Shown here: piece by piece, positions 1 to 10,519 of the stretch | Layout: every line of letters begins with the position of its first letter | How positions within the stretch are numbered: the stretch's first letter is position 1 | DNA from: an uncultured delta proteobacterium | GTDB lineage: Bacteria; Desulfobacterota; Syntrophia; Syntrophales; Smithellaceae | Direction of reading: 5' to 3' | DNA: 64,000 nt | Assembly: GCA_963753975.1 (NCBI GenBank) | Contig: CAVWEH010000002.1 | Coordinates: forward strand, 32,001-96,000 | The notes under the pieces: model-generated | Told to the model about the DNA's origin: nothing | Seen by the model: only the letters and a program-made list of their open reading frames with translations | Databases searched by the model: none | Translations under genes and position numbers: made by a program

Positions 1-790
1 GGGTTATATTTCTTTCGCTGGAATTAATTACCGAATGCAGGGATGCTGTGCGGATCTTTTCTGCGGATGTAAATGAAATAATTTTTTTATTACGAAGATT
101 ATTGACAACGGCCATGGAAGTTTTAGCCTTTTTTATTAAATCGTTTAAGGCCATGGGATCGTGAGTTTTGAGAAATTCGACAAGCAGTTCCTGTTTGGCG
201 GTTAATTTCGTTCCGGCGATTTTGCTTTCGTCCAGCACCGCAATTTTTTCACTGCGCAGGGCCAGTTGTTTATTTTGTTTTTCTTCAATCTTTAATAGGC
301 CTGCTAAATGAAGGCCGCGTACTGCTGAAGAAATATTTTTCAGACTGTTGGTTTTGCTCAGGTTGCTCAAAGTGATGCCTTGCGGGTATTGCCTTAAAAA
401 GGCCAAGAGGCTTTCCTGCGCAGACGAGAGGAGTATACCAACGGGCAAAGATACGGGAGTAATCCAGAGAAAGTCTTTTTTTTCGGAACCGGCAGGAATT
501 AACTCCGCCAATGTTTTGCCCAGCGGATAGATAAAGTAATTGGCAATCCATTGATAAAAATCAAGATCGGCCTTACTGAAAAGAGCTTCATCATCAAGTA
601 ACTCCATAACTGATTTTATCTTGGTCAGGTTACAGGGGACATTGATGGCGACAATAAAACCGGTGCGTTTTCTGCGGCCAAAGGGGATAAAAACTCGTTT
701 GCCGATTTCAACATCCTTACGTAAATTTGGAGGAACTTCATAGGTGAAGAGTTTATCGGCAGGAATGTTCAAGGCGACATTTACATACAT
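1..790 (-). CDS. priA: Primosomal protein N' (5' part; runs off left edge)
   Basis: Read manually from ATG at 790: MYVNVALNIPADKLFTYEVP...GKRVFIPFGRRKRTG...FYQWIANYFIYPLG, the typical PriA N-terminal domain. Open to the window edge, so absent from the ORF track. Confidence 0.88.
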   Translation of the reverse strand, partial: MYVNVALNIPADKLFTYEVPPNLRKDVEIGKRVFIPFGRRKRTGFIVAINVPCNLTKIKSVMELLDDEALFSKADLDFYQWIANYFIYPLGKTLAELIPAGSEKKDFLWITPVSLPVGILLSSAQESLLAFLRQYPQGITLSNLSKTNSLKNISSAVRGLHLAGLLKIEEKQNKQLALRSEKIAVLDESKIAGTKLTAKQELLVEFLKTHDPMALNDLIKKAKTSMAVVNNLRNKKIISFTSAEKIRTASLHSVINSSERNIT

Positions 791-907
791 AAAAAGTAGT
801 TTAAGCTATTTTTAAAAAATCAAGAACGATTTTTATACAAACCGATTTCTATACGATTTGTGCTCTAATCAACGGTATTCAACCCGCAGCAATCTTTGAA
901 AGCCGGT

Positions 908-1049
908 TCCTGCGTAGCGGCGTCTTATATACACCGCTATGCAGGATAATTCTACCTGCAAGTTTCAGCGCACTCTGTTTCTGAAGCTTGGGTCTCATTA
1001 CAACTTACCAATTCTGATGCGCTTCGCTTTCAGAATCGAGGTTTCACTA
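908..1049 (+). repeat. Structured intergenic repeat, family R1 (two tandem units after a hairpin)
   Basis: Units 944-1000 and 1001-1049 fit ggatagttcaa-N-stem-loop(gcactNcgtt)-stem-agtttcacta, also seen at 17452, 17528, 34914 and 53908. Confidence 0.75.
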
Positions 1050-1104
1050 ACAAAAAAAACGCCCCAAAGTTAGGACGTTTTCAATAAAGAATTTGTGCTT
1101 GAGG

Positions 1105-1485
1105 TTATTCGCCTTTGAGCTTTTCGATTTTTTCCTGCTTTGTTTTGCAGTCAATGCATAAGGTAGTGACAGGCCTGGCCATTAATCGTTTTTCGGAGAT
1201 CGGCCCGCCGCACACTTCACAAATGCCAAAAATGCCGTCATCAATTCTTTTGATTGCTTCCTGCATTTTCAATATGAGCTTGCGTTCCCTATCCCTGATG
1301 CGCAACTCAAAGTTCCGGTCGGATTCCAGAGATGCTCTGTCGTTGGGATCGGGAAAATTTTCTTTGCCGTTGGTCATTTCCGAAACAGTTTTACCCGCTT
1401 CCGTTAAAAGCTCGTTAATTTTCTGAATCAGTAGTGTCCGAAATGCTTCCAGTTTCTCGGGCTTTAAATTTATTTGCTTTTCCAA
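1105..1485 (-). CDS. dksA: RNA polymerase-binding protein DksA
   Basis: PDPNDRAS coiled-coil tip motif and C-terminal CEVC...CIDC zinc finger. Confidence 0.95.
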   Translation of the reverse strand: MEKQINLKPEKLEAFRTLLIQKINELLTEAGKTVSEMTNGKENFPDPNDRASLESDRNFELRIRDRERKLILKMQEAIKRIDDGIFGICEVCGGPISEKRLMARPVTTLCIDCKTKQEKIEKLKGE

Positions 1486-1594
1486 TATTTCTACTCCTCG
1501 CGTAAAAAACTTAACGTTGCTTATTACCTAAAGGCAAATTGTTTGTAAAGAGAAATAATTACGCCAATAATAGCTTTAAAACAGGCTAAATTAT

Positions 1595-2080
1595 TTAATC
1601 GCTTGAACAATACAATTTTTTTATCTTTTCCACAATATTTGTTGTGGATTTGCCTGTAACTTCAGGGATTATTGCCACCCTGCCTCCCCATCTTTTTATT
1701 TCCTCTCTGCCGACAATCTTCTCTTCCGGCCAATCGCCTCCCTTTATAAGGATATCAGGTTGCAGATAATTAATGAGCTCCAAAGGCGTTAACTCATCAA
1801 ATATCGTAATAAAATCAATAAACTCCAGTGCAGCAATAACCTCCGCCCTATCTTCCACACTTACCAGCGGTCTTTTCTCTCCCTTAATTGCCCGCACGGA
1901 AGAATCACTATTGAGCGCCAGGACTAAGACATCGGCAGTTTTCTTCGCCTCTCTCAAGTAGCGGATATGGCCGACATGAAGAATATCGAAACAGCCGTTC
2001 GTGAAGGCGATTTTTTTGCCTTCTTTGCGCAGTTTTTCCAGCTTCTTTTTGAGTGTATTTCTTTCTAAAATTTTTTTCAT
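1595..2080 (-). CDS. rfaE2: D-glycero-beta-D-manno-heptose 1-phosphate adenylyltransferase
   Basis: FTNGCFDILHVGH, NSDSSV, KGGDW and STT motifs. Confidence 0.92.
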   Translation of the reverse strand: MKKILERNTLKKKLEKLRKEGKKIAFTNGCFDILHVGHIRYLREAKKTADVLVLALNSDSSVRAIKGEKRPLVSVEDRAEVIAALEFIDFITIFDELTPLELINYLQPDILIKGGDWPEEKIVGREEIKRWGGRVAIIPEVTGKSTTNIVEKIKKLYCSSD

Positions 2081-2104
2081 TGTCACCTGTGGCCTATTAT
2101 ATAA

Positions 2105-2220
2105 TTGAATTCGGCAGCGAGAATTCCCCGTAGCGAGCTTTCGGGCAAGCGAGCGAATACTGAATTATATTATTTCTTAAGAATCGAAGATTCTCCGCGG
2201 CTTGCAGTGGAGAGCTTCAA
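2105..2220. repeat. REP-like palindromic intergenic element (R3)
   Basis: Bounded by ttgaa...ttcaa, with GC-rich hairpin ctccgcggc-tt-gcagtggag and a ccccgtagcgagc motif. Single copy in this window. Confidence 0.45.
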
Positions 2221-2951
2221 TTCTGGAGAACTCTGGCCAGTGTCAACACAGTTACTTTTTGTACCCCGGCTTTGATCAATATTTTAGCGCATTCATTAAG
2301 GGTGGCTCCGGTAGTATAAACGTCATCGATAAGAAGGATATTTCTGCCGATGATTTCCGCCTTGTCAGTTACTTCAAATGCCCCCTTAATATTTCGTTTC
2401 CGTTCTTTTTTGTCTAAACCAGTTTGACTTAAAGTAAATTTACAGCGTTTTAGCAAGGAAAAATTTACAGGTATTTGCCATTTTTTCCCTATAGCATCGG
2501 CAAATATAATGGATTGATTAAAACCCCGTTTTCTTAGTTTTTTAATATGTAAGGGAACTGGAATGATTAAAGAATAATCCGTAAATTCTAAATCAGGAAA
2601 AGAAAAGTCGGCCATGAGGGATGCCAACGAGGCGCCGATGGATAAATCGCGGCCGTATTTAAATTGATGGATTGCGTTGAGAATAGCGGTTTCATAGCCG
2701 GCTACAGCGCGGGCACAAGAGAAATAAGGCTTCTTTTCCAAGCAATTTCCGCATAAATGGCTTCCGGCCGGACTGTCGAAAAACATTATGCCGCAAATAG
2801 GACAAAGACTGCCGGTGAGAAATTTTATTTTTTCCCGGCAAGTAGAGCAAAAAATTTTCTCCGTAATCGGCTGCAAAAGAGCGGTACAGCTTATACACTG
2901 GGGTGGAAAAATGATATCGGCGATATCCCTTAAAATTTCATCTATAATCAA
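2217..2951 (-). CDS. comF: ComF family amidophosphoribosyltransferase-like protein
   Basis: N-terminal CxxC zinc motifs, RGFNQS, LLIDDVYTTGAT. Confidence 0.92.
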   Translation of the reverse strand: MIIDEILRDIADIIFPPQCISCTALLQPITEKIFCSTCREKIKFLTGSLCPICGIMFFDSPAGSHLCGNCLEKKPYFSCARAVAGYETAILNAIHQFKYGRDLSIGASLASLMADFSFPDLEFTDYSLIIPVPLHIKKLRKRGFNQSIIFADAIGKKWQIPVNFSLLKRCKFTLSQTGLDKKERKRNIKGAFEVTDKAEIIGRNILLIDDVYTTGATLNECAKILIKAGVQKVTVLTLARVLQN

Positions 2952-3343
2952 GCCATGGCCTTGTTTAATCTTTTTATTTTCATCGCCTTATCATCGATAC
3001 TCATACGAGGGGCATCCCACAAATCCTCTATTGCGTAGAAGGCTCTCAGCGATTCCTGGAAAATAGAAATTACGATGTCATCGTAATCAAGCAAAATCCA
3101 TTGGCCGTTAGCTTCACCCTCTACACCCAATGGTTTGATCTCTGATTTCTTTAAAAATTCCTGTATTGCTGCCGAAATTGCTTGAACCTGCCTTTCAGTT
3201 GCTCCACTGCAAATAAGCATATAATCCGTAAAGGTGGAAATCCTCTTAACGTTTAAGATAATAATATCTTTAGCTTTTTTCTGCAAAGTCGCGTTAATGC
3301 ACATGAGCAGGCGCTCGTAGGATTCATTTTTCTTTGCCGGCAA
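2948..3343 (-). CDS. rsfS: Ribosome silencing factor
   Basis: KKAKDI, ICSG..RQV.AI, W.LLDY.DI motifs. TTG at 3343 preceded by GGAGG chosen as start. Confidence 0.9.
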   Translation of the reverse strand: MPAKKNESYERLLMCINATLQKKAKDIIILNVKRISTFTDYMLICSGATERQVQAISAAIQEFLKKSEIKPLGVEGEANGQWILLDYDDIVISIFQESLRAFYAIEDLWDAPRMSIDDKAMKIKRLNKAMA

Positions 3344-3549
3344 GTAAACCTCCAGTTTTTGTAAGATAGGTCCTTCAGCCTTCAGTCTAACGGCCTTAGA
3401 CACTTTTATATGCCATAATTAACGTGACATGACAATGCTGCATTTGATTCCAGTATATCGCGGAGTTTGTTTTATAAGTGGTTATTGAGAAAAAAGAATG
3501 GCTATGATAAATTAACATTCCTTATCAAATTCTATAAGGACTCTCTGAT

Positions 3550-4341
3550 ATGCAGGATATTTTAAGCAAGGTTCATGTACACATGCCGTTTCATCTTTTG
3601 CCTCAATATCAGGAAACCATTCTCCGGCAGAGGTTGAATCCGGAAATTTATTTTAGTCACTCTGCGTTGCAGAATTTAGATAAAGCACAATGTACAGAAA
3701 CAGCAAAGCTGTTTTCTGCTGCCGGCTTAAAGATCACTTTTCATGCCCCATTTATGGATTTACGCCCCGGAGCGCTGGATGATAAAATCCGGCAGACAAG
3801 CCTTGATAGAATAAAACAGATATTCGATCTGGCGCCCTATTTCCAACCGTTAAGAATAGTTTGCCATGCTTCTTTTGATGACCGGTATTATGTTGATTGC
3901 GACGATTTATGGCTGGAGAACAGCATTAAAACCTGGACAGAGATGATTGCCCTGGCTAATGATGCTAAAACAATTATTGCCTTGGAAAATGTCTATGAAA
4001 AAAATCCGCATATTCTGCGCCGTCTTTTCGATGCGCTGTCTTCGGATAGTATTTGTTTTTGCTTGGATACGGGACATTTTAACGTGTTTTCTTATGCACC
4101 GCTAAACATTTGGCTTCAGGAGCTGGGGAAATATTTAGGCCAGTTGCATTTACACGACAATCATGGATTGACTGATGAGCACCTGCCGGTCGGCAGCGGA
4201 AGTTTTCCTTTTGCTGAGCTCTTTCAATCTTTAAAGAAAAATAAGATTCATCCGCTAATAACATTGGAGGCTCACGCGCAAGATGATCTTTGGCAGTCGC
4301 TCACGAACATCAAAAGCATGGCCTTATTTGATTATATTTGA
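3550..4341 (+). CDS. Sugar phosphate isomerase/epimerase (AP endonuclease 2 TIM-barrel family)
   Basis: HAPF, LENV, CLDTGH, HLHDN..DEH, TLE metal-binding motifs. Confidence 0.85.
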   Translation: MQDILSKVHVHMPFHLLPQYQETILRQRLNPEIYFSHSALQNLDKAQCTETAKLFSAAGLKITFHAPFMDLRPGALDDKIRQTSLDRIKQIFDLAPYFQPLRIVCHASFDDRYYVDCDDLWLENSIKTWTEMIALANDAKTIIALENVYEKNPHILRRLFDALSSDSICFCLDTGHFNVFSYAPLNIWLQELGKYLGQLHLHDNHGLTDEHLPVGSGSFPFAELFQSLKKNKIHPLITLEAHAQDDLWQSLTNIKSMALFDYI

Positions 4342-4385
4342 TTGTTATTTATTTGGACAATAAAAAATCTGGTTAGGGAATCAGC

Positions 4386-5360
4386 GTGCTTCAATATATT
4401 ATAAAAAGATTAATTTTTATGATCCCGCTTTTACTGGGGATTACAATTATTTGTTTTTTTGTTATGCGTCTGGCTCCCGGCTCGCCGACCGATCTGCAGA
4501 CCCAAATGAATCCAAAATCTTCCGTGGAAATGAAAGAACGCCTCAGGACATTATATGAACTGGATAAACCCATTTATGCGCAGTATTGGTCGTGGCTGAA
4601 AAAGATCAGTCGTGGAGATTTGGGAATATCTTTTTCCTCCGACCTCCGTCCGGTTGCCGCTAAAATTACGGAGCGGCTGCCCATTACCATCATTCTGGAA
4701 TTCTTATCTCTCTTAATTATTATTGGCGTTGCTATACCCATAGGAGTGCTTTCCGCCGTCCATCAGGATTCTCTTTTCGACAAAATCACCGGCGTATTCG
4801 TATTTATCGGTTTTGCCGTTCCCACATTCTGGTTGGCTTTATTGCTGATGATATTTTTTGGCATTCAACTCGGCTGGCTGCCCATTTCCGGTTTACGTTC
4901 CTTAAACTATGAATACCTGACCCCTTGGATGCAATTCGTCGATTTGGCCAAACATTTAGTCTTGCCCGTGTTCATATCCGCCTTTGGCGGATTAGCCGGC
5001 CTTTCCCGTTATATGCGTGCGAATATGCTGGAAGTAATTCGACAGGATTATATTATGACTGCGCGGGCTAAAGGTTTGAGTGAAAGAGCTGTTATTTACA
5101 GACATGCATTGCGCAATGCGCTTTTGCCGGCCATAACGATTTTAGGACTTTCCATTCCGGGCCTCATCGGCGGCAGTGTAATTTTCGAGACAATATTTGC
5201 AATTCCGGGTATGGGACAGCTTTTCTATATGGCGGTTATGGCGAGAGATTACCCGACGGTTATGGGTATTCTGCTCATTGGCGCTATTTTAACGCTTTTA
5301 GGAAATTTAATTGCTGATGTATCTTACGCCGTGGCTGATCCGCGTATTCGCCTATCGTAA
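4386..5360 (+). CDS. Peptide/nickel ABC transporter permease (DppB/OppB family)
   Basis: [14 protein letters not shown] loop, HALRNA, DPRIR ending. Confidence 0.92.
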   Translation: MLQYIIKRLIFMIPLLLGITIICFFVMRLAPGSPTDLQTQMNPKSSVEMKERLRTLYELDKPIYAQYWSWLKKISRGDLGISFSSDLRPVAAKITERLPITIILEFLSLLIIIGVAIPIGVLSAVHQDSLFDKITGVFVFIGFAVPTFWLALLLMIFFGIQLGWLPISGLRSLNYEYLTPWMQFVDLAKHLVLPVFISAFGGLAGLSRYMRANMLEVIRQDYIMTARAKGLSERAVIYRHALRNALLPAITILGLSIPGLIGGSVIFETIFAIPGMGQLFYMAVMARDYPTVMGILLIGAILTLLGNLIADVSYAVADPRIRLS

Positions 5361-5465
5361 ATAGAGCTGAAAAATGAACCCGGCATGCGCCGGGCAGGCA
5401 GTTGGGTAAGTTTTTAATGAAACTATAGATACTTCAAGATAGAACTTTTTCAAGGTACTGTAGCA

Positions 5466-6293
5466 ATGAACTTCTGGGAAATGTTTTATAAAAACAAATT
5501 AATGCTCGCCGGTAGCGGGATTGTTTTAATGTTTTTTCTCATTTCGTTTCTGGCGCCGTGGCTCGCGCCTTATGATTTCGGGCAAATCGATTTGACTAAT
5601 GTTCTGGCTTCTCCTTCGGCCGGCCATTTATTCGGAACTGATCAGCTGGGGCGGGACGTGCTTTCCCGGATGATTTGGGGTGCAAGGATTTCCTTGAAAG
5701 TCGGTTTTGCGGCTACCGGTGTGGCCATCATTATCGGAACAATTCTGGGAGCCGTTTCCGGTTATTACGGCGGCTGGATTGACGCGGCTATCATGCGGTT
5801 TGTGGACGTCATGCTGTGTTTCCCGACATTTTTTCTGATTCTGGCGGTAATCGCTTTTTTAGAGCCTTCTATCTGGAACATTATGATAATTATCGGTTTG
5901 ACCGGATGGATGGGCGTCACGAGGCTGGTCAGGGCCGACTTTATTACGCTGAAGGAAAGGGACTTTGTTCAAGCCGCGAGAGCAATAGGAGCAAACGATT
6001 TGCGGATTATTTTTCTTCATATCCTCCCTAATGCCTTTGCCTCGATTTTAGTAGCCGCAACATTAGGTATTGCCGGAGCGATACTTACGGAATCAGCCTT
6101 GAGCTTTTTAGGCATAGGCGTGCAGCCGCCGACGCCCAGTTGGGGCAACATTTTGACTGCCGGAAAAGACAACATAGATATCGCCTGGTGGCTTTCCTTG
6201 TATCCGGGGCTGGCCATATTACTTACAGTTGTCGGTTATAATCTTTTGGGAGAGGGCATCAGGGATTCACTTGATCCGCGATTAAGGAAGTGA
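5466..6293 (+). CDS. Peptide/nickel ABC transporter permease (DppC/OppC family)
   Basis: GTDQLGRDVLSR, HILPN, PTPSWG, NLLGEGIRD. Confidence 0.92.
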   Translation: MNFWEMFYKNKLMLAGSGIVLMFFLISFLAPWLAPYDFGQIDLTNVLASPSAGHLFGTDQLGRDVLSRMIWGARISLKVGFAATGVAIIIGTILGAVSGYYGGWIDAAIMRFVDVMLCFPTFFLILAVIAFLEPSIWNIMIIIGLTGWMGVTRLVRADFITLKERDFVQAARAIGANDLRIIFLHILPNAFASILVAATLGIAGAILTESALSFLGIGVQPPTPSWGNILTAGKDNIDIAWWLSLYPGLAILLTVVGYNLLGEGIRDSLDPRLRK

Positions 6294-6324
6294 TTTTAGT
6301 ATTTCGATAAACAATATGTTTATC

Positions 6325-6894
6325 TTAATAAATGAATTGGCTTATATTTTTTTTGTCCGGGAAGGAAAGAGCCAGATGATGTCTCTGGTAATTATCCCTC
6401 CATTTACGCAGTATTTTTCCTTCTATATCAATTTCATCGTTTTCAAAAATGAATCTCACCTTAACAACAGCCCCAATTTCATATTCTTCATCACCCTCGT
6501 ATAAGATGATATGGGTACCGATGCACGATATATCTATGACCTGACTTTCCTTTTCCTGGCAATAAACGCGGACATTCGGAAGTAAATCCAAGCGAATTCT
6601 CGGCCACATTCTCAAATCACAAGGCGCCGGATCGTTTAATTTACGCAGGATAATTCGGGAGTCCGATGTAATAGCCTTAATTCTCGCTTCAAAACCCAGA
6701 CGGCCGGAGTTGGCGGCATTTTTTTGGTAAGTCAAAAGAACGATATGGTTTAAGTAACCGTTTTCAATAGGTTGTTGAGTTTGCTCAATTGCAAAATAAT
6801 CGTTCGACAAAAGTTGAATAAGCCGAGATTTACGAATGTCTTTTCCTTCCAAGAGCAAACATATTTCTTCCGATGGTTCAATGTCCAGCCGCAT
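6325..6894 (-). CDS. PilZ domain-containing protein (YcgR-like layout)
   Basis: RMWPR (RxxxR) and DISCIG (DxSxxG) motifs in the C-terminal half. Confidence 0.7.
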   Translation of the reverse strand: MRLDIEPSEEICLLLEGKDIRKSRLIQLLSNDYFAIEQTQQPIENGYLNHIVLLTYQKNAANSGRLGFEARIKAITSDSRIILRKLNDPAPCDLRMWPRIRLDLLPNVRVYCQEKESQVIDISCIGTHIILYEGDEEYEIGAVVKVRFIFENDEIDIEGKILRKWRDNYQRHHLALSFPDKKNISQFIY

Positions 6895-6927
6895 TAGCGA
6901 TTATCTTTCTCCTACTTTAGTATTAAT

Positions 6928-7458
6928 TTAGAATAAAAAAGGAACCAACATCTTTGATTTTCTGGTATAGGAGGCATAGTCATCTCCGAATTTAAGTAGA
7001 TTTTCCTTTTCTTCGGAAAGGGCTGTAGCGTAAACAAATACTAGGGAGACGGCAAACAGGCTTAAAGCCAAAAGTGAAGGATTTTTTAATAAAAAGCCTG
7101 CACCAAGAAATATTAGCGAACTATAAAGAGGATGGCGAACGTATTTATATGCTCCCGATGTTATCAGAGCAGTAGTTGTTTCAATGTTGGCCAAGCTCGC
7201 GGGTTGGCCCCGGTGAATAAGGAGGTAGAAGCCGGGAAGAGCTAAAAGGAGGGAAATTATTATTAATCCCCAGGAAATTATTTGAAAACCGGAAAAAGGC
7301 TTATGAAACCAGTAACTGCTGTTGACTAAAATTAAAATTAGGAGAAACTCAAAGGCAAAAAACCGATAAAACTTTCGACTGCCTGTATCGAATAAAGCGG
7401 GCCAGGAAATTTTGATAAATATTATCGAAACGACAAAAAATATGATAAGTTTAGTCAT
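6928..7458 (-). CDS. Isoprenylcysteine carboxylmethyltransferase-family membrane protein
   Basis: LITSGAYKYVRHPLY and EE...FG..Y..Y motifs; hydrophobic. Confidence 0.85.
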   Translation of the reverse strand: MTKLIIFFVVSIIFIKISWPALFDTGSRKFYRFFAFEFLLILILVNSSYWFHKPFSGFQIISWGLIIISLLLALPGFYLLIHRGQPASLANIETTTALITSGAYKYVRHPLYSSLIFLGAGFLLKNPSLLALSLFAVSLVFVYATALSEEKENLLKFGDDYASYTRKSKMLVPFLF

Positions 7459-7756
7459 AATTGAGCCTCTTTTCAATCAACGAACATAAAATTACCACAG
7501 AGGATATTTGTCTATTTGTTATTTTTAAAATTTGCGGATAATTTTCATGTCCATAGGTATATTTAATTATTAAAAAAACAAGCTTTATAGCAGCAACGAC
7601 ACTATATTTGTTATGGTATTTAACGAAAAGGTTCGTCCGTGTCAAGGTGTTTCCCGTGATAAGTGCTCCGAGGTTTACGTCTTGAGGCTTGATAAATTTG
7701 AAGAAATGTAATAGAAGTCCGCTCGTTCAATTAAGTGTAGAAGGAGAAAGCGTAAC

Positions 7757-7924
7757 ATGTCCAAAAAAGTTAAAGCGGAATTACTTAACCTCGATAAACG
7801 TATTCTTTCCCGCAAGTTATTATCCGGTGAAATATCCGAAAAGGATTTGCAGAGTTTATTAAAAAAAATCCCCGATGTCGCGGAAAATGCCGAGGAAGTC
7901 AGTATCGAAGAAAATGAAAAATAA
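7757..7924 (+). CDS. Small hypothetical protein (55 aa)
   Basis: AAGGAG SD, ATG 7757, MSKKVKAELLNLDKRILSRKLLSGEISEKDLQSLLKKIPDVAENAEEVSIEENEK. Stops 6 nt before tatD; below the ORF-track length cutoff. Confidence 0.75.
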   Translation: MSKKVKAELLNLDKRILSRKLLSGEISEKDLQSLLKKIPDVAENAEEVSIEENEK

Positions 7925-7930
7925 TTTTTT

Positions 7931-8707
7931 ATGCTGATTGATTCCCACGCTCATCTGGAGATGAAAGAGTTCGATTGCGACCGTGAGGAAGTGATCAAGC
8001 GTGCTAAACAGGCGGGAATCGATTTCATTGTTACCATCGGCACAAATCTGGAACTGAGTAAGAAAGCTGTTGCTCTTGCCTACAAGTACGAAAATATTTA
8101 CGCAACAATCGGTATCCATCCCCATGATGTAGTTAACGCTGATAATAAAACTTTCGATAATCTCCGCGAACTTGCCCGCCGGAAAAAAGTTGTCGCCTAT
8201 GGCGAAATCGGATTGGATTTTTTTCGCAATATTTCACCTCCCGAAAAACAATTGGATATGTTTGGCCGTCAGCTCGAATTAGCTAATGAACTGAAATTGC
8301 CGGTGATTATCCATGATCGCGAAGCCCATGAACAAACGCTAAAGATGGTCAGGGCCTCGGGCATTCACCGCGGTGTATTTCACTGTTTTTCCGGCGACTA
8401 TGATATGGCCCAAAAATGTATAGACTTGGGCTTCTATATTTCCGTGCCCGGCGTCGTGACTTTTGATAAGGCAAAAAATATTCGGGATGTCGCGCAGCGT
8501 GTACCTCTTTCTTCATTATTCTTGGAGACGGATGCGCCATTTCTTGCCCCTGTTCCGCACCGAGGTAAAAGAAACGAACCTTCCTTTATTATCCATACGG
8601 CAAAAAAAGTAGCGGAGCTTAAAGGCGTGTCTCTGGGGGAAGTAGTCCAAGCCACGACCAAAAACGCCAAAAGTCTTTTCCATATTGAAACTTCCGGCAG
8701 TAAATAG
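7931..8707 (+). CDS. tatD: TatD family DNase
   Basis: DSHAHL, GIHPH, GEIGLD, IIHDRE, HCFSG, ETDAP. Confidence 0.95.
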   Translation: MLIDSHAHLEMKEFDCDREEVIKRAKQAGIDFIVTIGTNLELSKKAVALAYKYENIYATIGIHPHDVVNADNKTFDNLRELARRKKVVAYGEIGLDFFRNISPPEKQLDMFGRQLELANELKLPVIIHDREAHEQTLKMVRASGIHRGVFHCFSGDYDMAQKCIDLGFYISVPGVVTFDKAKNIRDVAQRVPLSSLFLETDAPFLAPVPHRGKRNEPSFIIHTAKKVAELKGVSLGEVVQATTKNAKSLFHIETSGSK

Positions 8708-8742
8708 TAGCGTATTTTCCCAATAATCCAATAAGTGTCAGG

Positions 8743-9441
8743 ATGATGAAAGATAAACCGAAAGCTGTAGTTTTATTAAGCGGCGGTATCGATTCCACCA
8801 CGACATTGGCTGTCGCCAAAAATTTGGGGTTTGCCGTTTATGCCCTAAGCTTCGGGTACGGTCAGCGCCACGAAGTGGAATTGGAAGCAGCCTCCCGTAT
8901 TGCCCGGCATTTTGACGTAGTCGAACATTTGATTGTCGATATTGATCTGCGCCGCATCGGTGGTTCAGCCTTAACAGCAGATATTGCAGTTCCTAAAAGC
9001 CGCAGCATTAAGCAAATGGGAAAAGAAATTCCCGTAACTTATGTGCCGGCGCGCAATACCATATTTCTTTCCTACGCTCTGGCCTGGGCCGAAACGGTAG
9101 GGGCATTTGATATCTTTATCGGCGTTAATGCTCTGGACTATAGCGGCTATCCTGATTGCCGTCCCGCGTACATTGAAGCTTATGAAAAAATGGCCAATCT
9201 CGCCACGAAGGTTGGAGTGGAAGGAAAGCAAAAAATAAAAATTCACACGCCGCTTATCAAGATGACCAAAGCGCAGATTATCCAAAAAGGAATGGAACTC
9301 GGTGTTGATTATAGTCAGACACACAGCTGTTATGATCCATCGGTTGAAGGCGTCGCCTGCGGCCAATGTGATTCCTGTATCCTGCGTTTAAAAGGTTTTG
9401 CAGAGGCGGGCATTAAAGACTTCATCAGATATAAAATCTAA
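8743..9441 (+). CDS. queC: 7-cyano-7-deazaguanine synthase
   Basis: SGGIDS PP-loop, YVPARN, YPDCR, CGQCDSC. Confidence 0.96.
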   Translation: MMKDKPKAVVLLSGGIDSTTTLAVAKNLGFAVYALSFGYGQRHEVELEAASRIARHFDVVEHLIVDIDLRRIGGSALTADIAVPKSRSIKQMGKEIPVTYVPARNTIFLSYALAWAETVGAFDIFIGVNALDYSGYPDCRPAYIEAYEKMANLATKVGVEGKQKIKIHTPLIKMTKAQIIQKGMELGVDYSQTHSCYDPSVEGVACGQCDSCILRLKGFAEAGIKDFIRYKI

Positions 9442-9451
9442 AAGGTTAACT

Positions 9452-10278
9452 TTGAGCTATTTGGTCAAAGAAATATTTTATTCTATTCAAGGCGAGGGTT
9501 TTCATTCCGGACGTCCGGCGGTCTTTTGCCGGTTTTCCGGCTGCAATTTATGGTCGGGAAAAGAAGTCGACCGGAAAAAAGCAGTTTGTAAATTTTGTGA
9601 TACTGATTTTGTAGGTGTTGGTGGACGTGAAGGCGGGCATTTTCAGAGTTCAGGAGAATTGGCAAAAAAGGTCAGGCAATTTTGGCCGCAAAAAGATTTG
9701 AAATCGGCACAGCCTTTTGTTGTCTGCACGGGTGGTGAGCCGCTCCTGCAACTGGATGCCGAGTTGATCGCCGCGTTGCATGATGAAGGTTTTAAAATTG
9801 CTGTGGAGACCAACGGCACGATCATGCCGCCGTCTGGTATCGATTGGATTTGCGTGAGTCCTAAAGCCAGAGCTGAATTGTTGTTGCGTTCAGGCCACGA
9901 GTTAAAATTGATCTTCCCGCAGTGGGGTGGGGAGCCGAAAAAATATGATCAGCTTGATTTCCAGCACTTTTTTTTGTTAAAATTGCTGTGGAGACCAACG
10001 GCACGATCATGCCGCCGCCTGCTATTGATTGGATTTGCGTGAGTCCTAAAGCCGGAGCTGAATTGTTGTTGCGTTCAGGCCACGAGTTAAAACTGGTCTT
10101 TCCGCAAAAGGGTGCGGAACCGGAAAAATATGATCAACTTGATTTCCAGGACTTTTTTTTGCAGCCAATGGATAACTCCGATCGTGAAGCGAACATACAA
10201 AGAGCATTGGATTATGTCCTTGCCCATCCGCAATGGCGGATTAGTCTGCAGTTGCATAAAATATTGGGAGTAAAATAA
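9452..10278 (+). CDS. queE: 7-carboxy-7-deazaguanine synthase, interrupted by an out-of-frame 185-bp internal duplication
   Basis: EIFYSIQGEG, CNLWSG...CKFCDT (CX14CX2C), TGGEP, ETNG, QLHK end. Split into ORFs 9398-10042 and 9988-10278 by the duplication. Confidence 0.9.
9792..10161 (+). repeat. Imperfect direct tandem duplication, 2 x 185 bp
   Basis: 9792-9976 and 9977-10161 align without gaps; about 15 mismatches by manual count. Confidence 0.95.
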
Positions 10279-10519
10279 AAAGGAGTAGAGAGACTTTAAT
10301 CACCTTGATCACAATAATTGATCTAGCAGTACTTATCAGCGAAGCTACGGAATTCTTCCTGTAACAAACAAATCGTCAACGTCGATGAATATACAAGATT
10401 TCAATCCGTTATCAATGATGCCGTGTAATTCTCTTTTTAAAAAAAATGTTACATGCTATTATGATATCCAAATTGTCAAAAAATAAAGTTTGTATATTAA
10501 TTGTTAGTCTGCAAATTAG

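Noticed and set aside
8708..8745. preQ1 riboswitch before queC
   Set aside because: Only about 35 nt separate tatD and queC, with no recognisable aptamer.
9792..10161. queE repeat pair as a diversity-generating retroelement TR/VR
   Set aside because: Mismatches are not confined to adenines of one copy (T/C and G/C changes, and A/G in both directions), and no reverse transcriptase is nearby.
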